From positions 21,304 to 85,303 of IMG/VR virus record IMGVR_UViG_3300044613_003770: 64,000 nucleotides of DNA. One strand, 5' to 3'. The notes below the pieces were generated by a model. It saw nothing but the letters and a program-made list of their open reading frames with translations, was not told the DNA's origin and did not search any database. Numbering within the stretch: the first letter of the stretch is position 1; each line of letters starts with the position of its first letter. The position numbers were made by a program, and so were the translations under genes. Shown one piece after another: positions 57,101 to 64,000 of this stretch. This stretch comes from a virus.

Positions 57101-57995
57101 AAGAATGAATAGCCCTGAGTTTCAAGCCGTTCAGAAAGATAAAGAAGAGGCATTTAATTTGTATCTTCAACAACTAAATCAAGAACAAGCGCTCAAAGAA
57201 AAAGAAAAAGCCGAAAAAAAGGCATTCAGAAAAGCATGGCAAACAGCTTTATGGACTACCGTAGCAAGTTCCGTTATTTCAGCGATTGCTAAACCAGCTA
57301 TGGCTGGTTTTCAAGCTGGCATGGGACAAGCGGCATCACAGAATTTAACTGGCTTCCAAGCATTAGGTTCTGGATTTAAGGGGATTTGGTCTGGTGGCAA
57401 TTTTGCTGGCACACAGATTGGAGGCTTGTCGAATTTCTTTTCTGGCAATAATCAGTTAGCTAATATAGGAACAGTATCTCAACTATCATCTTTATATCAA
57501 AGTAATCCAAATTCAAATTTAGGTAAATTACTAGCTTCAAATTCTAGTAATTATATTAGTGGGATTTCAATACCAAAAGCTATTCCAGTAAATAGAGCTA
57601 CAGGAGGTTTAATACCTAATACGTCTGGTACTGATACAACTCAAGCAATGTTAAGTGGTGGAGAGTTTATTATGAATAGGGCTGCAACTCAAAATATAGG
57701 TGTTGGAGCTTTACAATCATTAAATGCTGGCGGTAGACAGAATTCTACTGAAAGCGCTGATAAAATTGTTTCTAAATTAGATGAATTAATTGCAGCTATT
57801 AAAGAAAATATGAGTGGCAATATTTCTGTAAACGTGAATTCTAATGCGGCTTCTGAAAAAGAAACGGCTGATAGTTCAAGTAGTGGTAATAATTCAGAAT
57901 CAAATAATATGTTGAAGAAAAAAATCAAAGCCGCTGTTATGGAAGTAATTCAACAAGAAAAAAGATTAGGGGGTTCGTTAAGATTTACTCAATAA
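48135..57995 (+). CDS. tape measure protein with inserted nuclease-like, GH19 lysozyme-like and M15-like peptidase domains
   Basis: TP901-type core (ELSRQG, GGAVIGNSFKTIFTRI), G(F/Y)xPNF repeats, YRGRGYVQITGR, DVPALLMGGEFV. Confidence 0.88.
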   Translation: MPIQIPVTQTGLEASIQAAAQKAGRNLKIDLGSNARSINALSQPLGRITGQADEFTKSMEAANARVLAFGASVGVLNSVIQGFKSLVTTTIEVEKSLADINSVLQGSGAQLNKFKKDIFDVARETGNSFKTVSEAALELSRQGLPANEVVTRLKDSMILARLSGLDAAQSVEGLTAAVNSFSKEGLTSSQVLNKISNAAAKYAVSERDLIEGFKRSASVAQQAGVSIDELGGIITAVQQKSARGGAVIGNSFKTIFTRIQRPESLKLLEEIGVKVLDLKGNVVPATKLLEGLASKISGLNDVEVASITEKIGGGFQIAPLLSALDDYSSKASVARGATEAFLNAGTEAYQRNAALNQTMAAAINEASVNLKEFANTLGEIGVTKGLSNVLSFFNTFISDVQDLLEGEGLGSKFARSIVEGIGNVLSGPGLAIFGGIILKLTTDLVKFGTQSLKTFFNIGSAAKEINTLQGSIASTLLRNKDIQAQILALEGNRAAQARFFTTALNEQYSTMQKMQNIAASIAPAVYGGTVSSKKSSGKNAAGGYMPAISQESRDISRGVGGARGGDRPVVIPNFAFGGGKKGTMVAHTGEYIVPNFAGGGSAIFNRDMVRSMGLPAGAKKIGAAGGFIPNFAEWYNRDTTKVKTSTSMPTTAGDWIKVRSSSESIRKYSENVDQYKVRDTDFYLFPDGTGSRGNTVRDTLGRNKSRAVEKAEEEQEKVNKAGSFTLNADQLGGIGLISPRFGKSGVGSVDTKMTAGEVAFFNQNEKSFPIDKNKYIKLLGIKTANTPSGRSFQQLQGDVSELFAGGVVDLAYRLYGGTFDPASGGEFTQKLRALSPDKKQQLIPAAAQGDLFEAAGKVALGSIQNLESLFNQSDQNRPFDFNNRAAMQKMFGFDVGKGEAKRGGEGDSLAAFLGTKQVKGIITKVFNDPEYSPKALDALKAQGAFSIEMQRQKKEKEISNAISGFVPNFASYPYKLSTLAPTEKEGQRSYSKWEKWNQLSGEEKKNTPYKSKVINNPYAIKQFNQGLRLNPNVEKDDKVDSLGFRVTKVPIYDEKLKEEIINKKNSKEAGRRFEKLALEFLKYNDGSEFLYNRDKSSVDGFKFKGNKNIDLLEVKAGEWNASEVQNKFGRFVPENINLSGSSLIKEELNKLFTEGVPREQDVIKLNNTLAIPDIEGYSGKIKAGGKADPNKKQKDFYDAFSVSQLSQAQNAKLKKGSMGYIPNFVNQKYVMDTLARIKAGTSGFSKQEQETFLNKFGAKSTGRKISLREVYDKLDGDIGISALIDKAYVAAGPTASNEDVYRVFEKQIKANPYALRGLVSKKGFIPNFADPLKEAIGREISAGVPASQIYVDQNSSLKNSMNPMGLMVANRRDEPAGGIQGINRARKEGANPMLYGAADGFIPNYAPQLGEATRSDMGRTRISDQAITDFNNSLKGVSDQLRKGSISFADANLKVDQLAKSTGSTQAQVMKLGAVGQGLITAYNNELQARNQKAKELKEQRAGRSTETAGSKGSRDMLGTIFAVQAGLSLLTGATNDSTNALVRYTNVISNSLGNITTAAFAASAFKDMATTGKGLVGVFGKLGVAGAAVGAAFALFEGGKQLYYEYSGANKRASDAANILASSAEKAAVRLENLNPESKESINKTVEDIIKKLNIQVSEPELPKLKEAITTGLLGTSRTNVEGILRENLTPSKLQKKEIDTSEPSLMDALRAGAASSPGTMVPNVKYKYTTEEALTGDPLKAIAALAEQGVSGQGATLMGPFLSLVKEAKNAEELSSFLANPKLNEKINENLKNIDTKSLFDLTDINKTFEQVSILNNSKDFAKTFEAMEGKTSLVSSLKEQEASIAIIYEFVKLIQAAREETEKNATIETAKQEQALSRALQDSLKKSVLERPTKTMQQAGSLLESSLEISNKQKLLQITGDLSISEDLRKQKLEEVNHQYEISKIGLQNQLKLIKQLDSSLEKISSGDILGFGSNSEQAAKQAKAFIEKFTSDPNNQNALEGLLAGNKNQNFINQLRSQVQTGANLFNTPGKQDELIRIIKEYYELTQDITLEEKTQINNKQKLFEASQKELSIEKQRQNLIEKGNLYIKTAQSRLTGRIEDISNESQLNEARKNLEIKRFEKTGKTVDPRENERIIESINEKYFKLQQDLNDQKAEAEIKLEITRGLKIDDNITSLGANTTAIGSVQDALINNVLPVLNTLPKNMAEQLKNAVLGLNNGGQPVPQTAQTTSGVSGTIGMPYRANTSSGDVKSLLDLVSKEISSDPKYLAAVYGNVMKESGGKPITEASDYSNTDNKRIRSIFGDRVNWMTDEDLSELKKDPMFLGKMYGPKYQIGKNLGNKSEEEGFNYRGRGYVQITGRKAYEEAGKAIGKDLLRDPDLAAHPEIAKQIAVWQLRDRKDQFTGGGFNKLLLEGDQSKINKAVTSQFAGQSANRGYLGDLLKIVDNFADKFLKGSTDLGGSLDNTSKNFLQASGYLEETSSTAQTNIDNLRLELAGKDRNKAPNQDLQDKIRRIVAETYGPSAIATIYSGMGYTPGGSRRHEPQEGGKAADIYVEIDGKKVTGEELAKLGARWVTGGYGSAGYGMDYQGIKGSGIHLDTFTKDQLKSGEGLSWGYGGQTGSMLKNLISRMGGEPGVSASALANQTLSQTNPIYQAGERISGISDSTARTESALEEAKKLVDRTGKSDEEIKKKINEIANQIIAASDAIISKGKTKTTADALNQLSKQNTKLEAQPGTFASGFTTGMENINKEIAGFSEQIGEKVPALFADNMAKAMEDAILNGEDLETSLRSAATAFLTEINRSNFKNLANIFTSGLQQAGSSIFSLFTQRASGGPITGGSGTKDDVPALLMGGEFVMNKKSVSKYGMNFMNQLNNGNLPKFAKGGSVEEISDISKIGKQTIFSGKVGSEIVGQYDEGKAPRQVATGGGFYSPGMYGSGSIIGKADLLAFATQSQTSGAKDVIMNEDKLAYASLEPESARLTVSGRMNSPEFQAVQKDKEEAFNLYLQQLNQEQALKEKEKAEKKAFRKAWQTALWTTVASSVISAIAKPAMAGFQAGMGQAASQNLTGFQALGSGFKGIWSGGNFAGTQIGGLSNFFSGNNQLANIGTVSQLSSLYQSNPNSNLGKLLASNSSNYISGISIPKAIPVNRATGGLIPNTSGTDTTQAMLSGGEFIMNRAATQNIGVGALQSLNAGGRQNSTESADKIVSKLDELIAAIKENMSGNISVNVNSNAASEKETADSSSSGNNSESNNMLKKKIKAAVMEVIQQEKRLGGSLRFTQ

Positions 57996-57996
57996 T

Positions 57997-58782
57997 ATGT
58001 TTGGTGGTAAATTAAATCATGAATCTGAATTTTATATTTCTGGACAAAAATTGTCTGGTATAGAATCTGTTGATATTTCATATTCCCAACAAAATAGTAT
58101 TATCAAACCAATAGGATATTCAAAAGGTTTGTCATTGGTTAATGGCGAGCCACAAAAAAGTTTATCATTAACTAGAAATTTGCTTTACCAAGATCCAATT
58201 TTAAATTATACAGGAGACCTGGTAATGGATGGAAGCATAAACTATGGACAGTATTGTTATGGTTTCAAAATGGGTTATTTAACCGAATATATTGTTAATT
58301 GTGCGATTGGTTCAGTTCCAAGAGTTTCGGTTAATGCTGTTATCTTGGATGAATTAACATCTAGTTCTAATTCAGCTGGACATATACAACATCCAAACAT
58401 ATATATACCAAATCAAGGTTCAATATCAATGACTTGTGATAATTCGTCAACCAATAGAGTAATTGGTTTTGATTATTCTATAAAATGTAATAGAAAATCA
58501 TTTTTTACAATAGGTTCCGAGTTACCAAAACAGGTTATATTGATGCCTCCATTAGAGTATACAGCTGCCGTTCAAATAGAAATAGATGAAGCTTTTTTGC
58601 AAGATTCTCATAATTATTTATATGATAGGGAAAATAAAATAATATCTTTTTCAATAAGAGGCAGAAATCAAGAGTTATTACAAAATTTAACCCTGCCAAA
58701 AGCTTCTTTAATATCAGAACAAATTAACGCATCATCAGATGGTTTATTGAGATTAACTTTAAATTATATTGGGCATTCATGA
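57997..58782 (+). CDS. putative tail tip / tube-like protein
   Basis: directly after the tape measure gene; similarity to 29622..30485. Confidence 0.55.
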   Translation: MFGGKLNHESEFYISGQKLSGIESVDISYSQQNSIIKPIGYSKGLSLVNGEPQKSLSLTRNLLYQDPILNYTGDLVMDGSINYGQYCYGFKMGYLTEYIVNCAIGSVPRVSVNAVILDELTSSSNSAGHIQHPNIYIPNQGSISMTCDNSSTNRVIGFDYSIKCNRKSFFTIGSELPKQVILMPPLEYTAAVQIEIDEAFLQDSHNYLYDRENKIISFSIRGRNQELLQNLTLPKASLISEQINASSDGLLRLTLNYIGHS

Positions 58783-59789
58783 GTGAAGATCTTTTTTACA
58801 ATAGGGATAGAAATATTGCTGGAGTCGTGGCTCCAACAAATTTATCTAGTTTAAATTTGACTCCAGTGTATGGATCAAAAGCTTCGTTTTCTAGTAATTT
58901 GTATACTTATGAAACTAATGACTTAGTATATAATATTATACCATTATCAATTAATAGCTTGAGAGCTTCTTTTGATATGAAATATATTGTAAATGAAACT
59001 AATGCCACTAGATTGGCTAATTTTTTCGAAAGCAAGTTGGGAAGTGTGCAATTTTCTTTCACCCCAGATAATAATAATATTTATAGACAGATTTCTGGAT
59101 TTTCAACTGAATACTCAATAAGTCATTTAAATAATAATCATTACGAGTTCAATGTAAATATAATAGCTGATCAAGCTCCTACGCTTTTAAATTGGAAGTA
59201 TATGACTTTTTTAAATTATAATTACTCCACTATAGAAAATGGTTCAATTTGGAATCAAAATTTAATACAATGGAATGCAGATATAAGAACTTGGGATTAT
59301 GGCCATTACAGTAAATACGATATAATTTACTACCCAACGAATGAAAATAAATTAAATAATTTCTATTATTGTAGCGAAGATCACGTTAGTTCTCAAGACA
59401 CGTCTCCAGCGGGGGATAATTCAAAATGGACTCAAGAGTTCTTTTTTGAGCCAGATATTGGTTTTCAAAATAATGTGACTATTAACTCAAGTAAATTAGA
59501 ATTTAAAAATTCACATCCATTAAGAATAAAAACAAAAAATAACATAACACCATTGGTGATTAATTATAAATTCAGCAATATAACAGATAAACAACTTAGA
59601 TCAATGCTTCATTTTTTAGAGAATAAGGCTGGATATAGAAGATTTAGACATCAAGTTCCTTCTGTATATAATAGACCAAAGGTATTTATATGCAGTGAAT
59701 GGTCACATACTTGGAATTACTTTAATAGTCATGATTTAGAAGTTAAATTAACGGAAGATCCATTAGGAGTCATACCAAAAAATTCATAA
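58779..59789 (+). CDS. minor tail protein (duplicated gpM/distal-tail-like domain)
   Basis: FFESKLGxxxFxFTP and HFLENKAGxxxF repeats. Confidence 0.6.
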   Translation: MSEDLFYNRDRNIAGVVAPTNLSSLNLTPVYGSKASFSSNLYTYETNDLVYNIIPLSINSLRASFDMKYIVNETNATRLANFFESKLGSVQFSFTPDNNNIYRQISGFSTEYSISHLNNNHYEFNVNIIADQAPTLLNWKYMTFLNYNYSTIENGSIWNQNLIQWNADIRTWDYGHYSKYDIIYYPTNENKLNNFYYCSEDHVSSQDTSPAGDNSKWTQEFFFEPDIGFQNNVTINSSKLEFKNSHPLRIKTKNNITPLVINYKFSNITDKQLRSMLHFLENKAGYRRFRHQVPSVYNRPKVFICSEWSHTWNYFNSHDLEVKLTEDPLGVIPKNS

Positions 59790-60991
59790 TGAAAAAGGAA
59801 ATATTAAAAAGTAATGCTGCATTTGTTGTGATTGGAGAATCTCCATCATGGAAGAGCACACCAGAAGTTGGTAGATTGTTTGCTTTGGTTCAAAATTGTG
59901 ATATAAATTTTAACGTAGAAAGACAGACTTTAAAACAATTAGGATCAAAAAAATATATAGTTAATAATATAACTAGATCACCAAATATTGATTTAAATTT
60001 AAGTTATTATTTTAGTCCATATATTAATAATGAATTATTAATGGGATTTAATGGTTATGATGAAATTGATAGACCAGCTTTTGAAAACATACATCAAAAA
60101 AATCATAATTTTTATATTGTTGTCAATAATAAAGATGGAGAAAATGCGCTAGATGAAATAAAATTAGATAACCCTCAAAATATTAACTATAACGATTTTA
60201 TTTTGTTATCTTTCGGTGATTGTTATTTAAATAGATACTCTTTAGGTTTTTCTTTGGGACAAGTACCAATTGTTTCGACATCTTTTAAGTGTTCAAATTC
60301 TCAATTTGAATCACGAGTTTCGGGCATCAGCTCTCCATCTCAACATCCATTAAAAGGTAATAGTAGTTATTTAGATATTAATGAATTATATCATCAGTTA
60401 TCATGTGGGAATATACGTGGAGATATAGAAGGAAGAAATGAGTACAACCCTCCAGTAGTTGTTCCTCACAATAGTCAATTTATTTTACAAAACCTACAAG
60501 TAGCTTCAATTCCTTTGGCTAAAGAAGATAAACCAATTCTACAAAATTTCTCAATAGATATAAATTTTGATAGGGTTGATTTATATGGATTGGGGAGTAA
60601 TCAACCTTATGATAGAAAATTGCAATACCCAATAACAGCCGAAATAAATTTATCATCCTTGGTTTCTGGATTTAATGTTGGATTTTTAAATAAAATAGAA
60701 GAAACCGAAATGGGTTATGATTTAGATTTATCTTTTTCATCAAACAATGCTAATGCTACTGGTTGGTATAAATTTAAAAATGCAAAACTAAATAATTTTA
60801 ATTACTCAATGCAAATCAACGATATCATGAAATTTAATGCATCGTTTTCTGTGGAAATAGATGATGAAAATGGTTTTTCTATTCATAGAAGAACTAGAAA
60901 GGTTACTACATTTGCTGATAAAATTTGTTTATGGAATAATACAACAATAAATTGGAACGAGCCAAATGATCCAAATCCATGTGAATGTTAA
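59789..60991 (+). CDS. tail-tube paralog
   Basis: aligns by eye with 42966..44081 (VQxxxxxFxxxRQxxxQxG, LxxSYY, YLxxYxL, LGSxxPYxRxxxxPxTA). Confidence 0.65.
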   Translation: MKKEILKSNAAFVVIGESPSWKSTPEVGRLFALVQNCDINFNVERQTLKQLGSKKYIVNNITRSPNIDLNLSYYFSPYINNELLMGFNGYDEIDRPAFENIHQKNHNFYIVVNNKDGENALDEIKLDNPQNINYNDFILLSFGDCYLNRYSLGFSLGQVPIVSTSFKCSNSQFESRVSGISSPSQHPLKGNSSYLDINELYHQLSCGNIRGDIEGRNEYNPPVVVPHNSQFILQNLQVASIPLAKEDKPILQNFSIDINFDRVDLYGLGSNQPYDRKLQYPITAEINLSSLVSGFNVGFLNKIEETEMGYDLDLSFSSNNANATGWYKFKNAKLNNFNYSMQINDIMKFNASFSVEIDDENGFSIHRRTRKVTTFADKICLWNNTTINWNEPNDPNPCEC

Positions 60992-61055
60992 TAATCTGAT
61001 CGTTTTTTCTAAATTAGCAAAAAAAAATATAAAAAAATGTGTAACTAAATGAGGT

Positions 61056-64000
61056 ATGAGTAATTTGGGTCCACAGCAAATAGCATCTAGTTATCAAAGA
61101 GTCTTGAATATTAGTGATAACGGAATAATCACTTTAGGTAATGACGGTTCCGTAAATTGGCAACTAAATGATATTGCAAGGCTTTCGACGGTTAACACGG
61201 CTACTGGTCAAATAAATAATAATTTAGCTACTACAGGATCTAATATTACTTTTAATTTAAATTCCACTGGTACTAATTTAGTAAATAGATTAAATAATAC
61301 TGGCACGAATTTAATGACTGTTATTAACAATAATTATGAATATTTAAATTCTAGTATTTCAACTAATTATTTTAATTCAACTCAATACGCAAATAATATT
61401 AGTGGTGTATTGAATAATAGATTACATGCCACTGGAAATAATTTAATTAATCTTGTCAATCTTGTCAACTCAGACTTAAAAGGGGATATATATTCATTAT
61501 TAGACAGCGTAAATACAACTAATACTAATTTAAGTACCACTGGCGCTACAATAATTGGTAGGTTAAATACTACAGGCGCTAATTTACAGACAAATATTAA
61601 TAATTTATCTGGAAGTCTAAACGCAACTGGTAACAGCCTTACGTCTTTAAATTCTACAACTAGTGGAGTTTTAAGCAATAGGTTGGATACCACTGGGTCG
61701 TTTTTAAGAGGTGAAGTTAATCAGTTATACACGAATCTGAATAACACAGGCGTTAATTTAACTTCTTTAAACTTGGCGACAAGCGGAGTTTTAAGCGCTA
61801 GGTTAAATGTTACTGGAAGCGTCTTACAGGGTCAATTAGATAATTTGGGTTCTACTCATGCTGGTTTTGGATTATATGGATATAATCAGGTTTTAGGAGA
61901 TGATAAACAATTAAATGTTGGTGAAGGTTATGGTATAACAGTAAGTCCAGATATAGTTTCAATTAATTTAGCACAGACCGTAGACATTAATAACCCACAA
62001 ACAATAAAATCTACAAAAACTTTTGAAAAATCTGCAAATTTTATTAGTGGGGCGTCTTTTTATGAAACTGTAACTTTTGACAAAAGACCAACTTTAAGTG
62101 GAACTGGATTTTTATTAATTGGAGAAGCTTTAGAGCATCCAGATGGAGTTTTTGTCACAGGTACTCAGACCATAGGTGGACAAAAGAATTTTACATTAAT
62201 TCCAAAAGTCAATGATGCAAATGTTGTTTTAACAACTGGTAATCAAGAAATAACTGGACTTAAAACATTTTTAACAAATCCTTATTTTAGTGGTTATAAA
62301 ATATTATCGGAATATGATAACGTTTTATATAAAACTGGGGATCATACTATTTCTGGCTACATACAATTTGATCAAAGACCAAGTGTAAATGGTACTGGCG
62401 TTTATTTGCATGGAGAAATTCCAGAACCAGCTAATACAGTATTTACAACTGGAGATCAAGTTATTAATGGTACTAAATTATTTAATCAAAATATTTTAGT
62501 CGGCATTGCTCATCCAGTTTTAGTAACTGGAGTTCAATTAATTTCTGGAGAAAAAACTTTTAAAGATAATTTAACTGCTTTAACGAGTATAACTTCTACT
62601 GGTAAAATTTTCTTTGGAACTGGTAATCAACCTAGTGGATTTTTCTCATCAATTGGTGGTGGTAGTGGTAATACAGCAAATGGTAATTATTCTTTTATTG
62701 GTGGAGGCGTAAATAATAGAGCAACTGGAGATCTTTCTTTTGTTGGCGGTGGGAGCGGCAACTACGTAGTTAATAAATATGCTTCTATTGTTGGTGGAGA
62801 AAATAATATTTCAATAGGAACTGGTGCTTTTATCGGTGTTGGTGTTAATAATATTACCTCTGGAGATAGAACATCTATATTAGGAGGGAGTGGCAATAGA
62901 GCGAATGGAGAATATTCTATAGTTGTTGGTGGATCATCTAATATTGCTAATAGTAAATATTCCATAGTTGTTGGTGGAAGCAATAATATAAATACAGGGA
63001 TACATTCCATCAATGTTGGAGGTATTAATAATTTTATAACTGGAGAATATTCAGTAATAGTCGGAGGAGCTAATAATAGAAATACTGGTGATTATAATGT
63101 TATTGTCGGCGGCGATGGTAATATTGTTACTGGTGAATATTCTACTATAGCTGGTGGTTCTTTAAATAGAGCTTCTGGTATTTCTAATTCAATAGGCGGT
63201 GGAGCTTCAAACAGAATAATGAATGTTGACGGCTCCACAATTGCTGGCGGTAGAAATAATACCATTGATCAAGATTTTGGATTTATTGGTGGTGGTGATG
63301 CAAATAGAATAGAGAATTTTTCTGATTATGCTACTGTTGGTGGTGGACAATTTAATGAAATAGATGGTACTTATAGTGCAATTTTAGGTGGATATGAAAA
63401 TCAAATCACTGGAGAATATGCCGTCATAGGAGGCGGTAATAAAAATGTTGCTGGATCAGATTATGATTTAGTAGGGGGCGGTTCAAGAAATTTTGCTACA
63501 GGTAAGTACACTTCAATAGTTGGTGGTCAAAATAATAATATAACTGGATTTTGGGGATCTATTGGAGGAGGATTTAATAATAAAATTACTGGAAATTATT
63601 CTAGTATTGATGGCGGTTCGTCAAACTTTATCACGGGCGTTGCTTCTGCAGTTGGCGGAGGATTAGACAACGAAGTCACTGGCGACTACTCAACTGTTGG
63701 CGCTGGCAGAATCAACTCTATCGTTGGCTCTAACGCAACAATTGCTGGAGGTTACTGGAATCGCGTATCTGGTGAGTCATCGGTTATCGGCGGTGGATCG
63801 CTTAACTTCTCGACAGGAATCGCAACCACAATTGCTGGCGGTACTGGCAACCAAGTGACTGGTAGCTACTCTGCTGTTGGCGGTGGTTCGTCAAACTTTA
63901 TCACGGGCGCTGCTTCTGCAGTTGGCGGAGGATTAGACAACGAAGTCACTGGCGACTACTCAACTGTTGGCGCTGGCAGAATCAACTCTATCGTTGGCTC
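61056..64000 (+). CDS. long tail fibre / adhesin with 15-aa GGxxN repeats (runs off the window)
   Basis: MSNLGPQQ start with GTGTAA upstream; LNxTG coiled repeats, TGxQxIxGxKxF repeats, then SxIGGGxxN repeats; no stop seen. Confidence 0.8.
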   Translation, partial: MSNLGPQQIASSYQRVLNISDNGIITLGNDGSVNWQLNDIARLSTVNTATGQINNNLATTGSNITFNLNSTGTNLVNRLNNTGTNLMTVINNNYEYLNSSISTNYFNSTQYANNISGVLNNRLHATGNNLINLVNLVNSDLKGDIYSLLDSVNTTNTNLSTTGATIIGRLNTTGANLQTNINNLSGSLNATGNSLTSLNSTTSGVLSNRLDTTGSFLRGEVNQLYTNLNNTGVNLTSLNLATSGVLSARLNVTGSVLQGQLDNLGSTHAGFGLYGYNQVLGDDKQLNVGEGYGITVSPDIVSINLAQTVDINNPQTIKSTKTFEKSANFISGASFYETVTFDKRPTLSGTGFLLIGEALEHPDGVFVTGTQTIGGQKNFTLIPKVNDANVVLTTGNQEITGLKTFLTNPYFSGYKILSEYDNVLYKTGDHTISGYIQFDQRPSVNGTGVYLHGEIPEPANTVFTTGDQVINGTKLFNQNILVGIAHPVLVTGVQLISGEKTFKDNLTALTSITSTGKIFFGTGNQPSGFFSSIGGGSGNTANGNYSFIGGGVNNRATGDLSFVGGGSGNYVVNKYASIVGGENNISIGTGAFIGVGVNNITSGDRTSILGGSGNRANGEYSIVVGGSSNIANSKYSIVVGGSNNINTGIHSINVGGINNFITGEYSVIVGGANNRNTGDYNVIVGGDGNIVTGEYSTIAGGSLNRASGISNSIGGGASNRIMNVDGSTIAGGRNNTIDQDFGFIGGGDANRIENFSDYATVGGGQFNEIDGTYSAILGGYENQITGEYAVIGGGNKNVAGSDYDLVGGGSRNFATGKYTSIVGGQNNNITGFWGSIGGGFNNKITGNYSSIDGGSSNFITGVASAVGGGLDNEVTGDYSTVGAGRINSIVGSNATIAGGYWNRVSGESSVIGGGSLNFSTGIATTIAGGTGNQVTGSYSAVGGGSSNFITGAASAVGGGLDNEVTGDYSTVGAGRINSIVG

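Noticed and set aside
48135-64000. Short - strand ORFs within the tape measure and tail fibre genes
   Set aside because: Antisense to long, motif-supported genes.
63615-64000. Diversity-generating retroelement TR/VR pair
   Set aside because: The copies are in-frame repeats within one gene, differ by a single T/C rather than at multiple adenines, and no reverse transcriptase is present.
1-64000. Stop-codon reassignment
   Set aside because: Long genes are intact under the standard code, TAA, TGA and TAG all end ORFs, and the only tRNA is a normal Arg.

Overview
This window is part of a large tailed dsDNA phage genome, probably long-tailed; the host cannot be identified from the sequence alone. 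It has four zones. (1) 1-19.5 kb, + strand: dense small accessory genes (metallophosphoesterase, two base-excision glycosylases, RuvB-like ATPase, tRNA-Arg(UCU)) interrupted by a very AT-rich glycan-modification set (a 1359-aa multi-domain glycosyltransferase, a GT77-like transferase and a sulfotransferase). (2) 19.6-29.4 kb, - strand and visibly GC-richer: an array of small-gene modules, most with their own sigma70-type promoter ending 6 nt before the ATG (leaderless). The modules are separated by 8 copies of a strictly spaced 45-bp dyad, AACTTAC-N8-GACCCC-N3-GGGGTC-N8-GTAAGTT, with overlapping IHF-like sites. This cassette-like array is the best candidate for an undescribed system. (3) 29.6-48 kb: PhoH, sigma-like factor, ERCC4 nuclease, terminase, portal, protease/scaffold, capsid and neck/tail genes, many preceded by a GTGTAA motif. 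(4) 48-64 kb: a 3286-aa tape measure protein carrying PD-(D/E)XK-like and cell-wall-hydrolase inserts, minor tail genes, and a tail fibre truncated by the window end. All functional calls come from motif recognition by eye, not database searches.
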